Sequence record: SRR20825006_2405
Direction: 5' to 3' (one strand)
Length of the DNA: 20,000 nucleotides
Under the pieces are notes generated by a model. That model had not been told where the DNA came from. It saw only the letters and a list, made by a program, of their open reading frames with translations, and made no database searches. Shown here one piece after another: positions 9,216-17,794 of the stretch. The translations under genes were made by a program, and so were the position numbers. Numbering within the stretch: position 1 is the stretch's first letter; every line of letters begins with the position of its first letter.

Positions 9216-11969
9216 TTAAAAAGTGATGAGAAAGTTGGAAAGATTATCCGAACTATCCATATCGAGCTTTTTTCGGAGACGGTATCGATGTATTTCCACC
9301 CCTCTAACGGTTATCCCCATCAACGGTGCGATTTCCTTTGTAGAAAGATTCATTTTTAGGTAAGCACATAGCTTTAGATCTTTTGGGGTCAAAGACGGGT
9401 AGGATTTCAACAATCGCTCAAAGAAATCTTGGTGCAATTCCTTGAAATTTACTTCAAAACGTCTCCAATCCTCGGTATCTTCTATGGAACTGTTCAGCTT
9501 TTTTATAAATGTTCGGTATCGCTGTGAATTGGAGAACTTATCCTTGTTCATGATCAGCATATTCTTCAACTCCAAGATCATTTCGTTTTTTCGGGCAATG
9601 TTCAAGGTTGTACTGGCCAGTTCGTTCTGTTTTTGTTTTACCTCCTTGGCCAATTCCTCCTTCTCCATCTTGTCCATGCGCTCTTGCTGTTCGTGATGTA
9701 ATCGCTCCTCCAGTTCCCTATGTTTTCTTTCCAATTTCTTCCGGTTGTACCTTCTTACCAAGTAAATGGCCAAAAATCCTAAAGCAGCATAGAAGAACAG
9801 ACTCCACCAAGAAAAGTACCACGGTGGTGATATGGTAAAATTAAGCTGTTTAAGTTCAGAAGTGGTGGTGTCCATGCCCGCCGTGGCAATCTTGAAGGTG
9901 TATTCCCCATAGGGCAGGTTTTGAAAATTGATGGCACCGCCTTCCACATATTGGGAGTATTCTTTGGGCCCTTCCAATTTGTAATAGTAATGTGGGTATA
10001 TGTACTCGGGCGAAGCCACTTCGATGGTTATGGACTGTGCGTATCGAAATGGCACTTCAATATTATCATCCATTACGGAATGCTTGCTTTCTTGATCTTT
10101 AAAAACGATAAAGCTTGGGGTCGGAAGCTTTTCTTGTTTAGAAATTTCCTTTACATTGATCTTGGCAAATCCATCTATAAGGGTGATGTAAGAGGTGCTA
10201 TCGTTTACCTTGACCAAGTTTTGAGAGTCCGGTGCCAAACGTTCCCGTAATGGCAGATCGGTAAGCATTAAACTGTCTCCCTTCAGGTCGGTATATATAA
10301 TGGCCTTTTGTTCATCATCATCCACGAACCAAAAATATTCTTCATCAAAAAACAACAACTCCTTGTTCTTATAATGCTTGAATTCCTCAAACCTTTCAAT
10401 TTTATCACCAATAGGATTGTAGGTAAACCAATTGCCCTCGCTATTGAGCACAATATGATTTTTGATGTTGTACAACTTTGCATTGTACTCGCTGGGCGCA
10501 TCTTTTTGCTTGAATTTTTGGACTTTGTCAATCTTGTTGTACTCAGCCCCTTTAAAATGAATTCTTGAAAAACCCTTGTACGGATGTGCCGTCCAGAGAA
10601 TATTGGGTGTTTCAAAACACAACTGTTTCACGGGCTCATCTACACCTTCAATCTTGACTACGCTCCACGTTCCATCTTCAAGTTTGGTGAATTTGGCAAG
10701 TCCATTGTATGTACCTTGAACATAGGTAGATTTCTTGTCCGGCACTTTAATCATCTGATAACCACCGGCAACCTCACTGATGAGCTCAAAACTGTTTTTG
10801 GACACTTTAAAGGTTCCCCGGGTATGCCCACAGAGCAAATCCCCCTCGATCACTTCCAAATCCCATACATGACCCTGTGAGCCGTTCACGAACTTAAGCT
10901 GGCTGCCATCAAAATAAAAAACTCCTGTGTTGCTTCCCAGAAATAATGTACCATTATACCAAGCAATATCGTAGACCATTCCCAGCGAACCGGTATAATC
11001 CGTAAAGTATGTTATGGGATTGTTCAGCTTCGCCCTCGCCATTCCATTGTCCAGTCCCAGCCAGAGTAGATCCTTATACAATAATGAGGAAAGCACTGTA
11101 TTGTTCTGAAGCCCGGATTCCCGATTTAAAACATTGTACTTACCCGATTCGGAATTATACAGGTACATTCCATTTTTAATGGTTCCAAAGCCCAAGAGGT
11201 TTTCTCCCAAAAGGGTTATTTTGTTTAATTGGTGTTCCTTGAGGTCATCGTTGATAGATGCCTGCCATGGAGTCAACTGTTTCCCATCATATAAAAAACA
11301 CCCACTTAGTTTGGTGCCTATCAGTAAATTTCCTCCAAAAATAGCTATGTCATTAATGGTTTTCCCTGTCAATATATCATGGCCCGGTAAAGGGAGATAG
11401 GTATCTCCTTGGATTTCAAAAAGTCCAACAAATCCTCCAGCGACTATCAATTTACCGTTGAACTCGATAAGGTCCGAGACCACAAAGGGCGGGTCTATAA
11501 CCGTAATCTTATCATCTGCATAACAATAAATGGCCGAAAAGGAACGGAACATGACCTTACCGTCCGATGATTGAAAAATTTCCCAGAATTCTTCATTTGT
11601 AAACGTATGATTTTTGATAAGGTGAGTCAATGAGGTATAGGCCAGTTCACCAAACTCGTTTTTGGTCCAATAACCAAATTCTTCATAAGATCCGGTATAA
11701 ACCTTATCGCCAATGCTTTTCACAGACCTTATGATCGTATTGTTGGGTAGTTTGTTCAACGTCCATTGTTCACCATTATAATGCAACAGACCTTTGTTGT
11801 TCGCCACAAACAACTCTCCATTTTCATTGATAGAAACATCCCAGTTTTTGGTGCCTCCCTTATAATCCAACAATTGATAATTTTGGATGGGCGGTAACAA
11901 CTGTTGCCCGTTGACCGATAAACAGACAACTAAAAACAAAATGGATTTCATCCTAAGTAACACTGGCAT
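9216..11969 (-). CDS. Membrane-spanning PUL regulator: periplasmic beta-propeller sensor, Y_Y_Y domain, TM helix, coiled coil, LuxR-type HTH
   Basis: Reg_prop-like repeats (GLQNNTVLS, LWLGLDNG), Y_Y_Y domain (YYYKLEG...FQNLPYGEYTFKI), PPWYFSWW plus a TM helix, a charged coiled coil, and a C-terminal LTPKDLKLCAYLKMNLSTKEIAPLMGITVRGVEIHRYRLRKKL. The start is uncertain (ATG 11969 or 11951; TTG 11990). Confidence 0.88.
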   Translation of the reverse strand: MPVLLRMKSILFLVVCLSVNGQQLLPPIQNYQLLDYKGGTKNWDVSINENGELFVANNKGLLHYNGEQWTLNKLPNNTIIRSVKSIGDKVYTGSYEEFGYWTKNEFGELAYTSLTHLIKNHTFTNEEFWEIFQSSDGKVMFRSFSAIYCYADDKITVIDPPFVVSDLIEFNGKLIVAGGFVGLFEIQGDTYLPLPGHDILTGKTINDIAIFGGNLLIGTKLSGCFLYDGKQLTPWQASINDDLKEHQLNKITLLGENLLGFGTIKNGMYLYNSESGKYNVLNRESGLQNNTVLSSLLYKDLLWLGLDNGMARAKLNNPITYFTDYTGSLGMVYDIAWYNGTLFLGSNTGVFYFDGSQLKFVNGSQGHVWDLEVIEGDLLCGHTRGTFKVSKNSFELISEVAGGYQMIKVPDKKSTYVQGTYNGLAKFTKLEDGTWSVVKIEGVDEPVKQLCFETPNILWTAHPYKGFSRIHFKGAEYNKIDKVQKFKQKDAPSEYNAKLYNIKNHIVLNSEGNWFTYNPIGDKIERFEEFKHYKNKELLFFDEEYFWFVDDDEQKAIIYTDLKGDSLMLTDLPLRERLAPDSQNLVKVNDSTSYITLIDGFAKINVKEISKQEKLPTPSFIVFKDQESKHSVMDDNIEVPFRYAQSITIEVASPEYIYPHYYYKLEGPKEYSQYVEGGAINFQNLPYGEYTFKIATAGMDTTTSELKQLNFTISPPWYFSWWSLFFYAALGFLAIYLVRRYNRKKLERKHRELEERLHHEQQERMDKMEKEELAKEVKQKQNELASTTLNIARKNEMILELKNMLIMNKDKFSNSQRYRTFIKKLNSSIEDTEDWRRFEVNFKELHQDFFERLLKSYPSLTPKDLKLCAYLKMNLSTKEIAPLMGITVRGVEIHRYRLRKKLDMDSSDNLSNFLITF

Positions 11970-12063
11970 TCTCGTTGATTTATCGGTCAAAGATCTTTCT
12001 AAACCATGAATTTACAAAACTGCCTTTGGAAATAGAGCGTTACCTTATGCACATGCATGAAAA

Positions 12064-12672
12064 TTATAATTCGATTGTCCTAAATGTCAAATTGATTCTG
12101 GGAGTACGCACTTTCTTTGTTGGCGGTAAACGGTGTAGCCAATGTGTTTGTGTCTCACCCTTCATTACCAATAAGCTACCATGACCCAGCCATAATTCCA
12201 CCTTTTCTTTGGTGCTTTTATGTTTGAAGACAAATTTACGTTCCACTCCAAAACTCAACGAGGCTATGGCTCCCTCTTGTTTTAATTCCTTTTCATTGTC
12301 GGAATGCCAGCCCATACCTTCTTCACCCGAATGGTACACATTGAGCAAACATGAATTATAGGTTTCCATGGAAAGGCTCTCCGTCAATTTTTTAAGTTCC
12401 ATTAACTCGGGAGTCCAAAACAATGCCCTCTTTGTGCTGTTGGAATAAGTGTACTCAAAAGGTTTATCACCAAACCAAGCCACTTTTCTCTTGGTTACTA
12501 TGCGCTTGCCGAACATATGTACCACATCGTGTTCCCAAGGAATGGTATTGAGCAGTTGTTCGAAGTAAAAATCAGCTTTTTCCAGTGCTACAATAGGTCC
12601 GAAATAATTCACGGTGCCGTCCTTGGGCAGTATATTCTGATTCGGGTCTATCTGATTCCTGAATAAATCCAT
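12064..12672 (-). CDS. alkB: Alpha-ketoglutarate/Fe(II)-dependent dioxygenase, AlkB family (ALKBH2/3-like alkylation repair)
   Basis: 202 aa with NSCLLNVY, iron ligands WHSD and HRLP, and the C-terminal RINLTFR 2-oxoglutarate-binding motif. Confidence 0.9.
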   Translation of the reverse strand: MDLFRNQIDPNQNILPKDGTVNYFGPIVALEKADFYFEQLLNTIPWEHDVVHMFGKRIVTKRKVAWFGDKPFEYTYSNSTKRALFWTPELMELKKLTESLSMETYNSCLLNVYHSGEEGMGWHSDNEKELKQEGAIASLSFGVERKFVFKHKSTKEKVELWLGHGSLLVMKGETQTHWLHRLPPTKKVRTPRINLTFRTIEL

Positions 12673-12690
12673 CTTCTGTCCTTTGCATTT

Positions 12691-13647
12691 TTAACGGGAA
12701 AGCCTTTTTTGACTTTTCTCCAATATTTCGGCAACCCGCTCCCTTAGCACTTCCGGCTCAATAATTTTGGCATAGTCACCAAACATAAGGTACCAGCGGG
12801 AAAAACCATTTTTCCAATCGGTCGTCATAAAAGTCATTTCAACTTGGTCTCCCTTTTCTTCGCTGGCAACCAAGCCATAATGCTTGGTTTGACCTCTTAT
12901 ATACTTGGCCACGGACTTCTCCACCAATATTTTTACCTTGGTTTTGGAAACTTCCTCTTTTTTTTTCCTGTGCTCATCAATGGTGCCGTGTTCCAATAAG
13001 AAATCAAGCGAAGTCCTTGCTATTTTATGGATTCTATCCGTTCTAAAATGGCGATAATCGGTCCTCAGATGACAATAACCCAAAATGTACCAAAATCCAT
13101 TTTCGTTAAAAAGTCCAACAGGCTCTATGTGTCTCTCTAAGGGTGCCTCTTCCCGTAACGATTCATATCTCAAAAACACTTGTTTCCGCTCTGCAATGCT
13201 TTCGAACAAAATTTCAAGGGCATTGGGCACCTTATCATTGAACAAAACTTGCCCTGGCACTATGGAAACTTGGGATTCCAATGCTTCCACCCAATCCTTT
13301 TCCTTGCCCCGAAGAACCGATTTCAACTTGAACATTGCAGATTCGTAGTAAGCACCAAGGGACTTATCCGTAAATTGTTGCATCAATTTTTCCGCTGCCA
13401 CAAAGCTCCCCGCCTCTTCGCGTGTAAACATGACCGGGGGCAATCGATACCCCTCCATAATGGAATATCCAACACCTGCCTCGCTAATAATGGGGACTCC
13501 AGAGGCTTCCAAAGTTCTCACGTCCCGGTAAATGGTACGCAAGCTTACCTCAAAGCGGTCCGCAAGTTCCTGTGCCTTTACAATCCGTTTGGTCTGCAAC
13601 TGTATTAAAATAGCAACTATCCTATCAAAACGTTTTACGGTGTCCAT
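12691..13647 (-). CDS. YafY-like HTH_11 + WYL + WCX transcriptional regulator
   Basis: wHTH AQELADRFEVSLRTIYRDVRTL, GVGY wing, LPPVMFT, WYL domain (RHIEPVGL, WYILGYCHLRTDYRHFRTDRI) and WCX C-terminus (IIEPEVLRERV). Start set at MDTVKRFDR (13647; alternative 13653) because a TATCTTTG box lies inside the longer ORF. Confidence 0.9.
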   Translation of the reverse strand: MDTVKRFDRIVAILIQLQTKRIVKAQELADRFEVSLRTIYRDVRTLEASGVPIISEAGVGYSIMEGYRLPPVMFTREEAGSFVAAEKLMQQFTDKSLGAYYESAMFKLKSVLRGKEKDWVEALESQVSIVPGQVLFNDKVPNALEILFESIAERKQVFLRYESLREEAPLERHIEPVGLFNENGFWYILGYCHLRTDYRHFRTDRIHKIARTSLDFLLEHGTIDEHRKKKEEVSKTKVKILVEKSVAKYIRGQTKHYGLVASEEKGDQVEMTFMTTDWKNGFSRWYLMFGDYAKIIEPEVLRERVAEILEKSQKRLSR

Positions 13648-13672
13648 TCCCATAATTGCGTGAGCTATCTCC

Positions 13673-13680
13673 CAAAGATA
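13673..13680 (-). promoter_or_regulatory. Bacteroidota -7 promoter element (TATCTTTG) for the WYL gene
   Basis: Exact TAnnTTTG match about 20-25 nt upstream of the probable start codons. No clear -33 element. Confidence 0.45.
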
Positions 13681-13748
13681 GGATTTCAATCCGTGGATGG
13701 AAGATGTTTTCCTGCTCATATTATATCATTTATACGCATTGTCTCCAT

Positions 13749-13783
13749 CAAAATTATTTGGAACATATGACAGCAGCTTGTCA
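13749..13783 (-). promoter_or_regulatory. Leftward promoter: palindromic box plus -7 element (drives WYL gene-alkB)
   Basis: Minus strand reads TGACAagctgcTGTCA (13783-13768), an 11-nt spacer, then TAATTTTG (13756-13749). Confidence 0.7.
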
Positions 13784-13815
13784 ACAGTATTTTTTTTGAA
13801 TTCAATTTTTACTAC

Positions 13816-13850
13816 TGACACGGGGCTGTCACACACCCCTCCTAATTTTG
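13816..13850 (+). promoter_or_regulatory. Rightward promoter: palindromic box plus -7 element (drives the DinB-family operon)
   Basis: Plus strand reads TGACAcggggcTGTCA (13816-13831), an 11-nt spacer, then TAATTTTG (13843-13850), 35 nt before ATG 13886. Confidence 0.75.
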
Positions 13851-13885
13851 TTTTCAGAAACAATAAACCTTTAAATCACAATCAA

Positions 13886-14383
13886 ATGGAAAACACCATT
13901 AATGAACAGACAACGACCCAAGTAATGACACCTGAACAGTTTTTGGAACAATACCAAGGACACAGAAGACTTACCCGAAGGGTTATCGAGGCCTTTCCTG
14001 AAAAAGAGTTTTTTAATTACAGTATTGGAGGGATGCGTCCTTTTGCTGAAATGACCAAAGAACTTTTTGCCATTGCAGTTCCAGGACTTACTGAAATCGT
14101 ATCAGGAAAAACCGTTGAATTTGACGAACATCGTGACTACGGTAGCACCAAGGCCGATTTTTTAAAAAAATGGGACCAGGATACCGAAGAAATCAATAAA
14201 CTTTGGAGCCAAATTAGCCTCGAGAGATTTCAAGAGGAGATAAAACTTTTTGGGCAGTATGAGGGTACCGTCTTATCCAGTATACAGTATTTTGTGGATA
14301 ACGAGATTCACCACCGTGCCCAAGGTTATGTTTACCTGCGTGCCCTTGATATTGAACCTCCATTTTTTTACGACCGAAGCTAA
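13886..14383 (+). CDS. DinB/YfiT-like four-helix-bundle protein (not DNA polymerase IV)
   Basis: 165 aa from MENTINEQ, preceded by an A-rich leader. Motifs HRRLTRRVIEAFPE, GGMRPFAE and EIHHRAQGYVYLRALDIEPP. Confidence 0.85.
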   Translation: MENTINEQTTTQVMTPEQFLEQYQGHRRLTRRVIEAFPEKEFFNYSIGGMRPFAEMTKELFAIAVPGLTEIVSGKTVEFDEHRDYGSTKADFLKKWDQDTEEINKLWSQISLERFQEEIKLFGQYEGTVLSSIQYFVDNEIHHRAQGYVYLRALDIEPPFFYDRS

Positions 14384-14386
14384 GTT

Positions 14387-14605
14387 ATGATGACCGTCCA
14401 TGTTTTTAAGACATCCGTAAAACGAAAAGGAGAAGTGAAACAGCTTCGTCCTTGGCTGAACAGGCTGGTCGATACTAATGGTTGCTGGAATTTTGACCTC
14501 GAAGATTGTGACAACATACTCAGGGTCGAAACCAAGAACCTGAAGGCTACAATAATTTCCACGCTCTTACAGAACAATGGTTTTCATTGTGAAGAATTGC
14601 ACTGA
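14387..14605 (+). CDS. Small conserved hypothetical protein (possible ferredoxin/HMA-like fold)
   Basis: 72 aa starting 3 nt after the upstream stop and ending just before a terminator. The VFKTSV...WNFDLEDCDNILRV...GFHCEEL pattern resembles small Bacteroidota hypotheticals. Confidence 0.7.
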   Translation: MMTVHVFKTSVKRKGEVKQLRPWLNRLVDTNGCWNFDLEDCDNILRVETKNLKATIISTLLQNNGFHCEELH

Positions 14606-14616
14606 GCAGTAAAACA

Positions 14617-14644
14617 AAAAGCCCCTTTTTAAAAAGGGGCTTTT
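14617..14644. terminator. Bidirectional rho-independent terminator
   Basis: Perfect 28-bp palindrome AAAAGCCCCTTTTT|AAAAAGGGGCTTTT between convergent stop codons at 14605 and 14648. Confidence 0.88.
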
Positions 14645-14647
14645 AAA

Positions 14648-17600
14648 TTATAGATTAACTTTTCCCTTAAGTTCGTTGAATTGGGCCAGCAATTCTTGAT
14701 AACGGTCTTTTTCCTCTTGTCCAGGTTCTTTGTCCGCACTACTTAAAATATAATATAGATACGAAATTTGAGCTACCATAACCACTTCGGGATAGGCTCC
14801 TTCATCGTTTTTTAGCTCCTTTAAAACATCTTTATAGGGCTGAAGCTGGGCTTCGCTCGCATTTGACTTTTCCAACTCCTTAATCTTCTTTTCGACCTTA
14901 TCCTGAAATTTTCGAGTTTCCGACAACAAATCAATTACCTTAAACTGAAGTTCCTGTTGCTCCTTCATGTTGGCCAAAGAAATTCCGTCTTCTTCAAGCT
15001 TCGGGTCCATGAGCACTTCAAAACTTTTCTCGAGTGATTGCTCCCCTACGGTGAGTTTCGCGGTATACGTGCCGGGCAATACCATAGGACCATTTCCAAA
15101 TCTCCTTCTTTTATTTTGGTCCCATGCTCCTTTTTGTTGCATGTTCCACTCAAAACGATTGAGTCCCTTTTTAGCTTCCAATTTCTCGTTCATATAAACA
15201 AAAGTCATGCTAAGGCTCATGTCCTCGACCAGCTCCGTAGCGGCCTTCAATTTTGTGGAATCGCTTACAATAGTCGAAACTTCTTTTCCTTGAGCATCCA
15301 AAATCTGTAGACTGATTCCTTCCTCTATATCCGATGGTAGGTAGTAATCAATAATTACGCTGGTAGATGGGTATTGTGGAAAGTCTCCACCGCCCCACGG
15401 AGTCTGGTACCTGTATGTATCATCAGGTTTAAACAAAACCGGAGTCTCTCCCAATTGTGTAATGTTTTCATCGGTTAAGGTGGTAACTTTATCCAGAATC
15501 CAAAAGCCACGTCCCATAGTACTTAAAATCAAATCTCCACGGAACAAAATGATATCGGTAATCGGTGTCACGGGCAGATTTTGTTGGAATTTTTTCCATG
15601 ACCCGCCATCATCAAAAGAAACAAACATTCCGTACTCGGTACCGGCATACAAAAGCCCCTTGCGTAAGGGGTCCTCTCGCAATACCCTTGCCGTATGGTC
15701 GGATGGTATCCCGTTGGATTCGGTACTGATCAGCTCCCAGCTTTCGCCATAATTATCGGTTTTGTAGAAGTAAGGCGTGGTATCTCCCAATAAATGGCGA
15801 TCTACAGCGATGTAGGCAGTTGCCGGGTCAAACTGTGATGGTTCCACGGACTCTACCCTACCGCCCTTTGGTAATTTTTTAGGTGTAACGTTCTTCCAAG
15901 TGGAACCACCATCTTTCGTGACCGAAATGACACCATCGTTGGACCCTGTCCATATCACACCTTTGCTTATCTTGGATTCCCTGATGGAATATAGCGTACT
16001 GTAATATTCTTCACCGGTAATGTCCCTTGTTATGGGGTTACCAGAAATCACTTGTTTATCAGGGTCGTTCTCCGTTAGGTCTGGAGATATGATTTCCCAG
16101 TTTTTACCTCCATCATTTGTTTTATGTAGAAATTGGGAGCCCATGTACACCACTTCAGGGTCGAATGGGGAAACATGGATAGGCGCCACACGTTGGAACC
16201 TATACTTTAAATCTTTAGGGTTATGCCCGTAAATGTTGGATGCCCCGATGGAATATTCACGGCTTTGCCCTGTTTTTTTACTGTACACGCTAAAGCGTCC
16301 CTTACAGTTGTTGTAAACGATATAATGATTGCCCGGCATTGGGATTACTGGCCCGGTTTCACATCCTCCAACATCCATCATTATACTTCCATTGGCAGGG
16401 GAAGTTGCTGTGGGCGCCATACTTGGGATGGCTATCGTTGTGTTATCCTGCTGTGCGCCATACACCCAGTAAGGGTATTGATCATCCACCGCTACTTGAT
16501 AAATCTCGGCCGTAGGCTGGTTGTATTGGGTAGACCATGTTTTTCCTCCGTTGTGGGATATATTTGCCCCACCATCGTTACATTGAACCAACAGGTCTGG
16601 GTTATCCGGATTGAGCCAAATATCATGGTTGTCTCCATGGGGAACACTCATACGCCTCCAAGATTTACCGCCATCGGTGGATTTTATCAAAGGATTGGCA
16701 TTGGAATACACAATATCTGGATTGGTAGGGTCCAGCTCAATATTGGTGTAATAAAAAGGTCGGTTGACCAGTCTTTCATCATCCGAAACATGTTCAAAGG
16801 ATTTACCTTGGTCTACGGATTTGTACAATCCCGTATCTTCATTCGGTGCTTCAACAACCGCATAAAGTATTCTGGAGTCCGATGGAGAAACGGCTAAATC
16901 AATCTTTCCAATCAATCCCGTTGGAAGTCCTTCCTCCAATTTCTCCCAATTTTTTCCGCCATTAACGGATTTATAAATTCCACCTTCACTGTTCTCCCCA
17001 CCTGAATCAATGGTCCAAGGGGTACGTCTTGCTTTCCAGGCAGCGGCATAGACGACATTCGGGTTTCCGGGAAGCAGTTCCAAATCGGCAAAACCTGTCT
17101 CTTCTGAAACGAACAAAACCTTTTCCCAAGTTTCGCCGCCATCCGTAGTTTTAAATATTCCTCTTTCTTTATTTGATTTGAATGCGTTTCCAATGGCGGC
17201 TACCCACACAATATTGCTATTGGTCGGGTCTATTTCCACGGCACCAATTTGGCCCGCATTTTCCAGCCCGATGTGTTCCCACGTTTTTCCGGCATCAATG
17301 GATTTGTACATTCCCTTTCCTTCAATGATGTTGCTACGGATACCATCGGATCCTGTACCCACATAAATAATATTGGGGTCGTTGGCGGCCACTTCAATAG
17401 CTCCAATAGAAGGCGTTTTGAAAAATCCATCGGAAATATTGTGCCAACTGGTTCCGTAGTCCTCGGTTTTCCAGACACCGGCACCGGTAGCTCCAAAATA
17501 AAAAGTACCCGGCAACATGGCTGTTCCGGTAACTGTGGTTACCCTACCTCCCCTAGCGGGACCTATGGTACGGTATTCCAAGGCTTCAAAATCTTGTGCA

Positions 17601-17662
17601 AAGGTGGCACAACTCAATAAAAATGTAAAAAGGAAATAAGATAAGCGCTGTTTCAAAGTCAT
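14648..17662 (-). CDS. Exported VPS10/sortilin-like BNR (Asp-box) beta-propeller protein, putative glycosyl hydrolase-like
   Basis: 1004 aa with a signal peptide (TFA-Q), N-terminal YRTIGPARGGRV, 11 [S/T]xDxGxxW-type Asp-boxes, an FlgD-like Ig segment (GLNRFEWNM...PGTYTAKL) and a helical C-terminus. Confidence 0.8.
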   Translation of the reverse strand: MTLKQRLSYFLFTFLLSCATFAQDFEALEYRTIGPARGGRVTTVTGTAMLPGTFYFGATGAGVWKTEDYGTSWHNISDGFFKTPSIGAIEVAANDPNIIYVGTGSDGIRSNIIEGKGMYKSIDAGKTWEHIGLENAGQIGAVEIDPTNSNIVWVAAIGNAFKSNKERGIFKTTDGGETWEKVLFVSEETGFADLELLPGNPNVVYAAAWKARRTPWTIDSGGENSEGGIYKSVNGGKNWEKLEEGLPTGLIGKIDLAVSPSDSRILYAVVEAPNEDTGLYKSVDQGKSFEHVSDDERLVNRPFYYTNIELDPTNPDIVYSNANPLIKSTDGGKSWRRMSVPHGDNHDIWLNPDNPDLLVQCNDGGANISHNGGKTWSTQYNQPTAEIYQVAVDDQYPYWVYGAQQDNTTIAIPSMAPTATSPANGSIMMDVGGCETGPVIPMPGNHYIVYNNCKGRFSVYSKKTGQSREYSIGASNIYGHNPKDLKYRFQRVAPIHVSPFDPEVVYMGSQFLHKTNDGGKNWEIISPDLTENDPDKQVISGNPITRDITGEEYYSTLYSIRESKISKGVIWTGSNDGVISVTKDGGSTWKNVTPKKLPKGGRVESVEPSQFDPATAYIAVDRHLLGDTTPYFYKTDNYGESWELISTESNGIPSDHTARVLREDPLRKGLLYAGTEYGMFVSFDDGGSWKKFQQNLPVTPITDIILFRGDLILSTMGRGFWILDKVTTLTDENITQLGETPVLFKPDDTYRYQTPWGGGDFPQYPSTSVIIDYYLPSDIEEGISLQILDAQGKEVSTIVSDSTKLKAATELVEDMSLSMTFVYMNEKLEAKKGLNRFEWNMQQKGAWDQNKRRRFGNGPMVLPGTYTAKLTVGEQSLEKSFEVLMDPKLEEDGISLANMKEQQELQFKVIDLLSETRKFQDKVEKKIKELEKSNASEAQLQPYKDVLKELKNDEGAYPEVVMVAQISYLYYILSSADKEPGQEEKDRYQELLAQFNELKGKVNL

Positions 17663-17688
17663 GAGTTAGTTAGAAGTTGGTTTGTTTC

Positions 17689-17696
17689 CAAATCTA
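17689..17696 (-). promoter_or_regulatory. Bacteroidota -7 element (TAGATTTG) for the VPS10 gene
   Basis: TAnnTTTG match 26 nt upstream of ATG 17662. Confidence 0.45.
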
Positions 17697-17794
17697 CTAA
17701 ATACCTAGCCAATCTAAAATGGTATGATAGAGGAATTACAGGCTTTATTATTTAAAACAATGTTATTTACGAATTCTACAAACTAAACTGGTCG

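Noticed and set aside
12691-13647. WYL protein as a marker of an anti-phage defence island (BrxR/CapW-like)
   Set aside because: The architecture is YafY/PafC-like, and no restriction, BREX, CBASS, CRISPR or toxin genes are nearby.
13697-13885. N-terminal extensions of the DinB-like ORF (from 13697) and WYL ORF (from 13719), which would overlap head-to-head
   Set aside because: The extensions run through promoter elements. Family-like sequence begins at 13886 and 13647.
14617-14644. Perfect palindrome as a mobile-element end or REP sequence
   Set aside because: I saw only one copy, between convergent genes and with A/T tails. A bidirectional terminator explains it fully.
16223-16897. 224-aa plus-strand ORF, and the many other short ORFs inside long genes (e.g. 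469-756, 4010-4363, 13180-13608, 17249-17620)
   Set aside because: These are antisense or out-of-frame shadows of well-supported genes and have no recognisable motifs.
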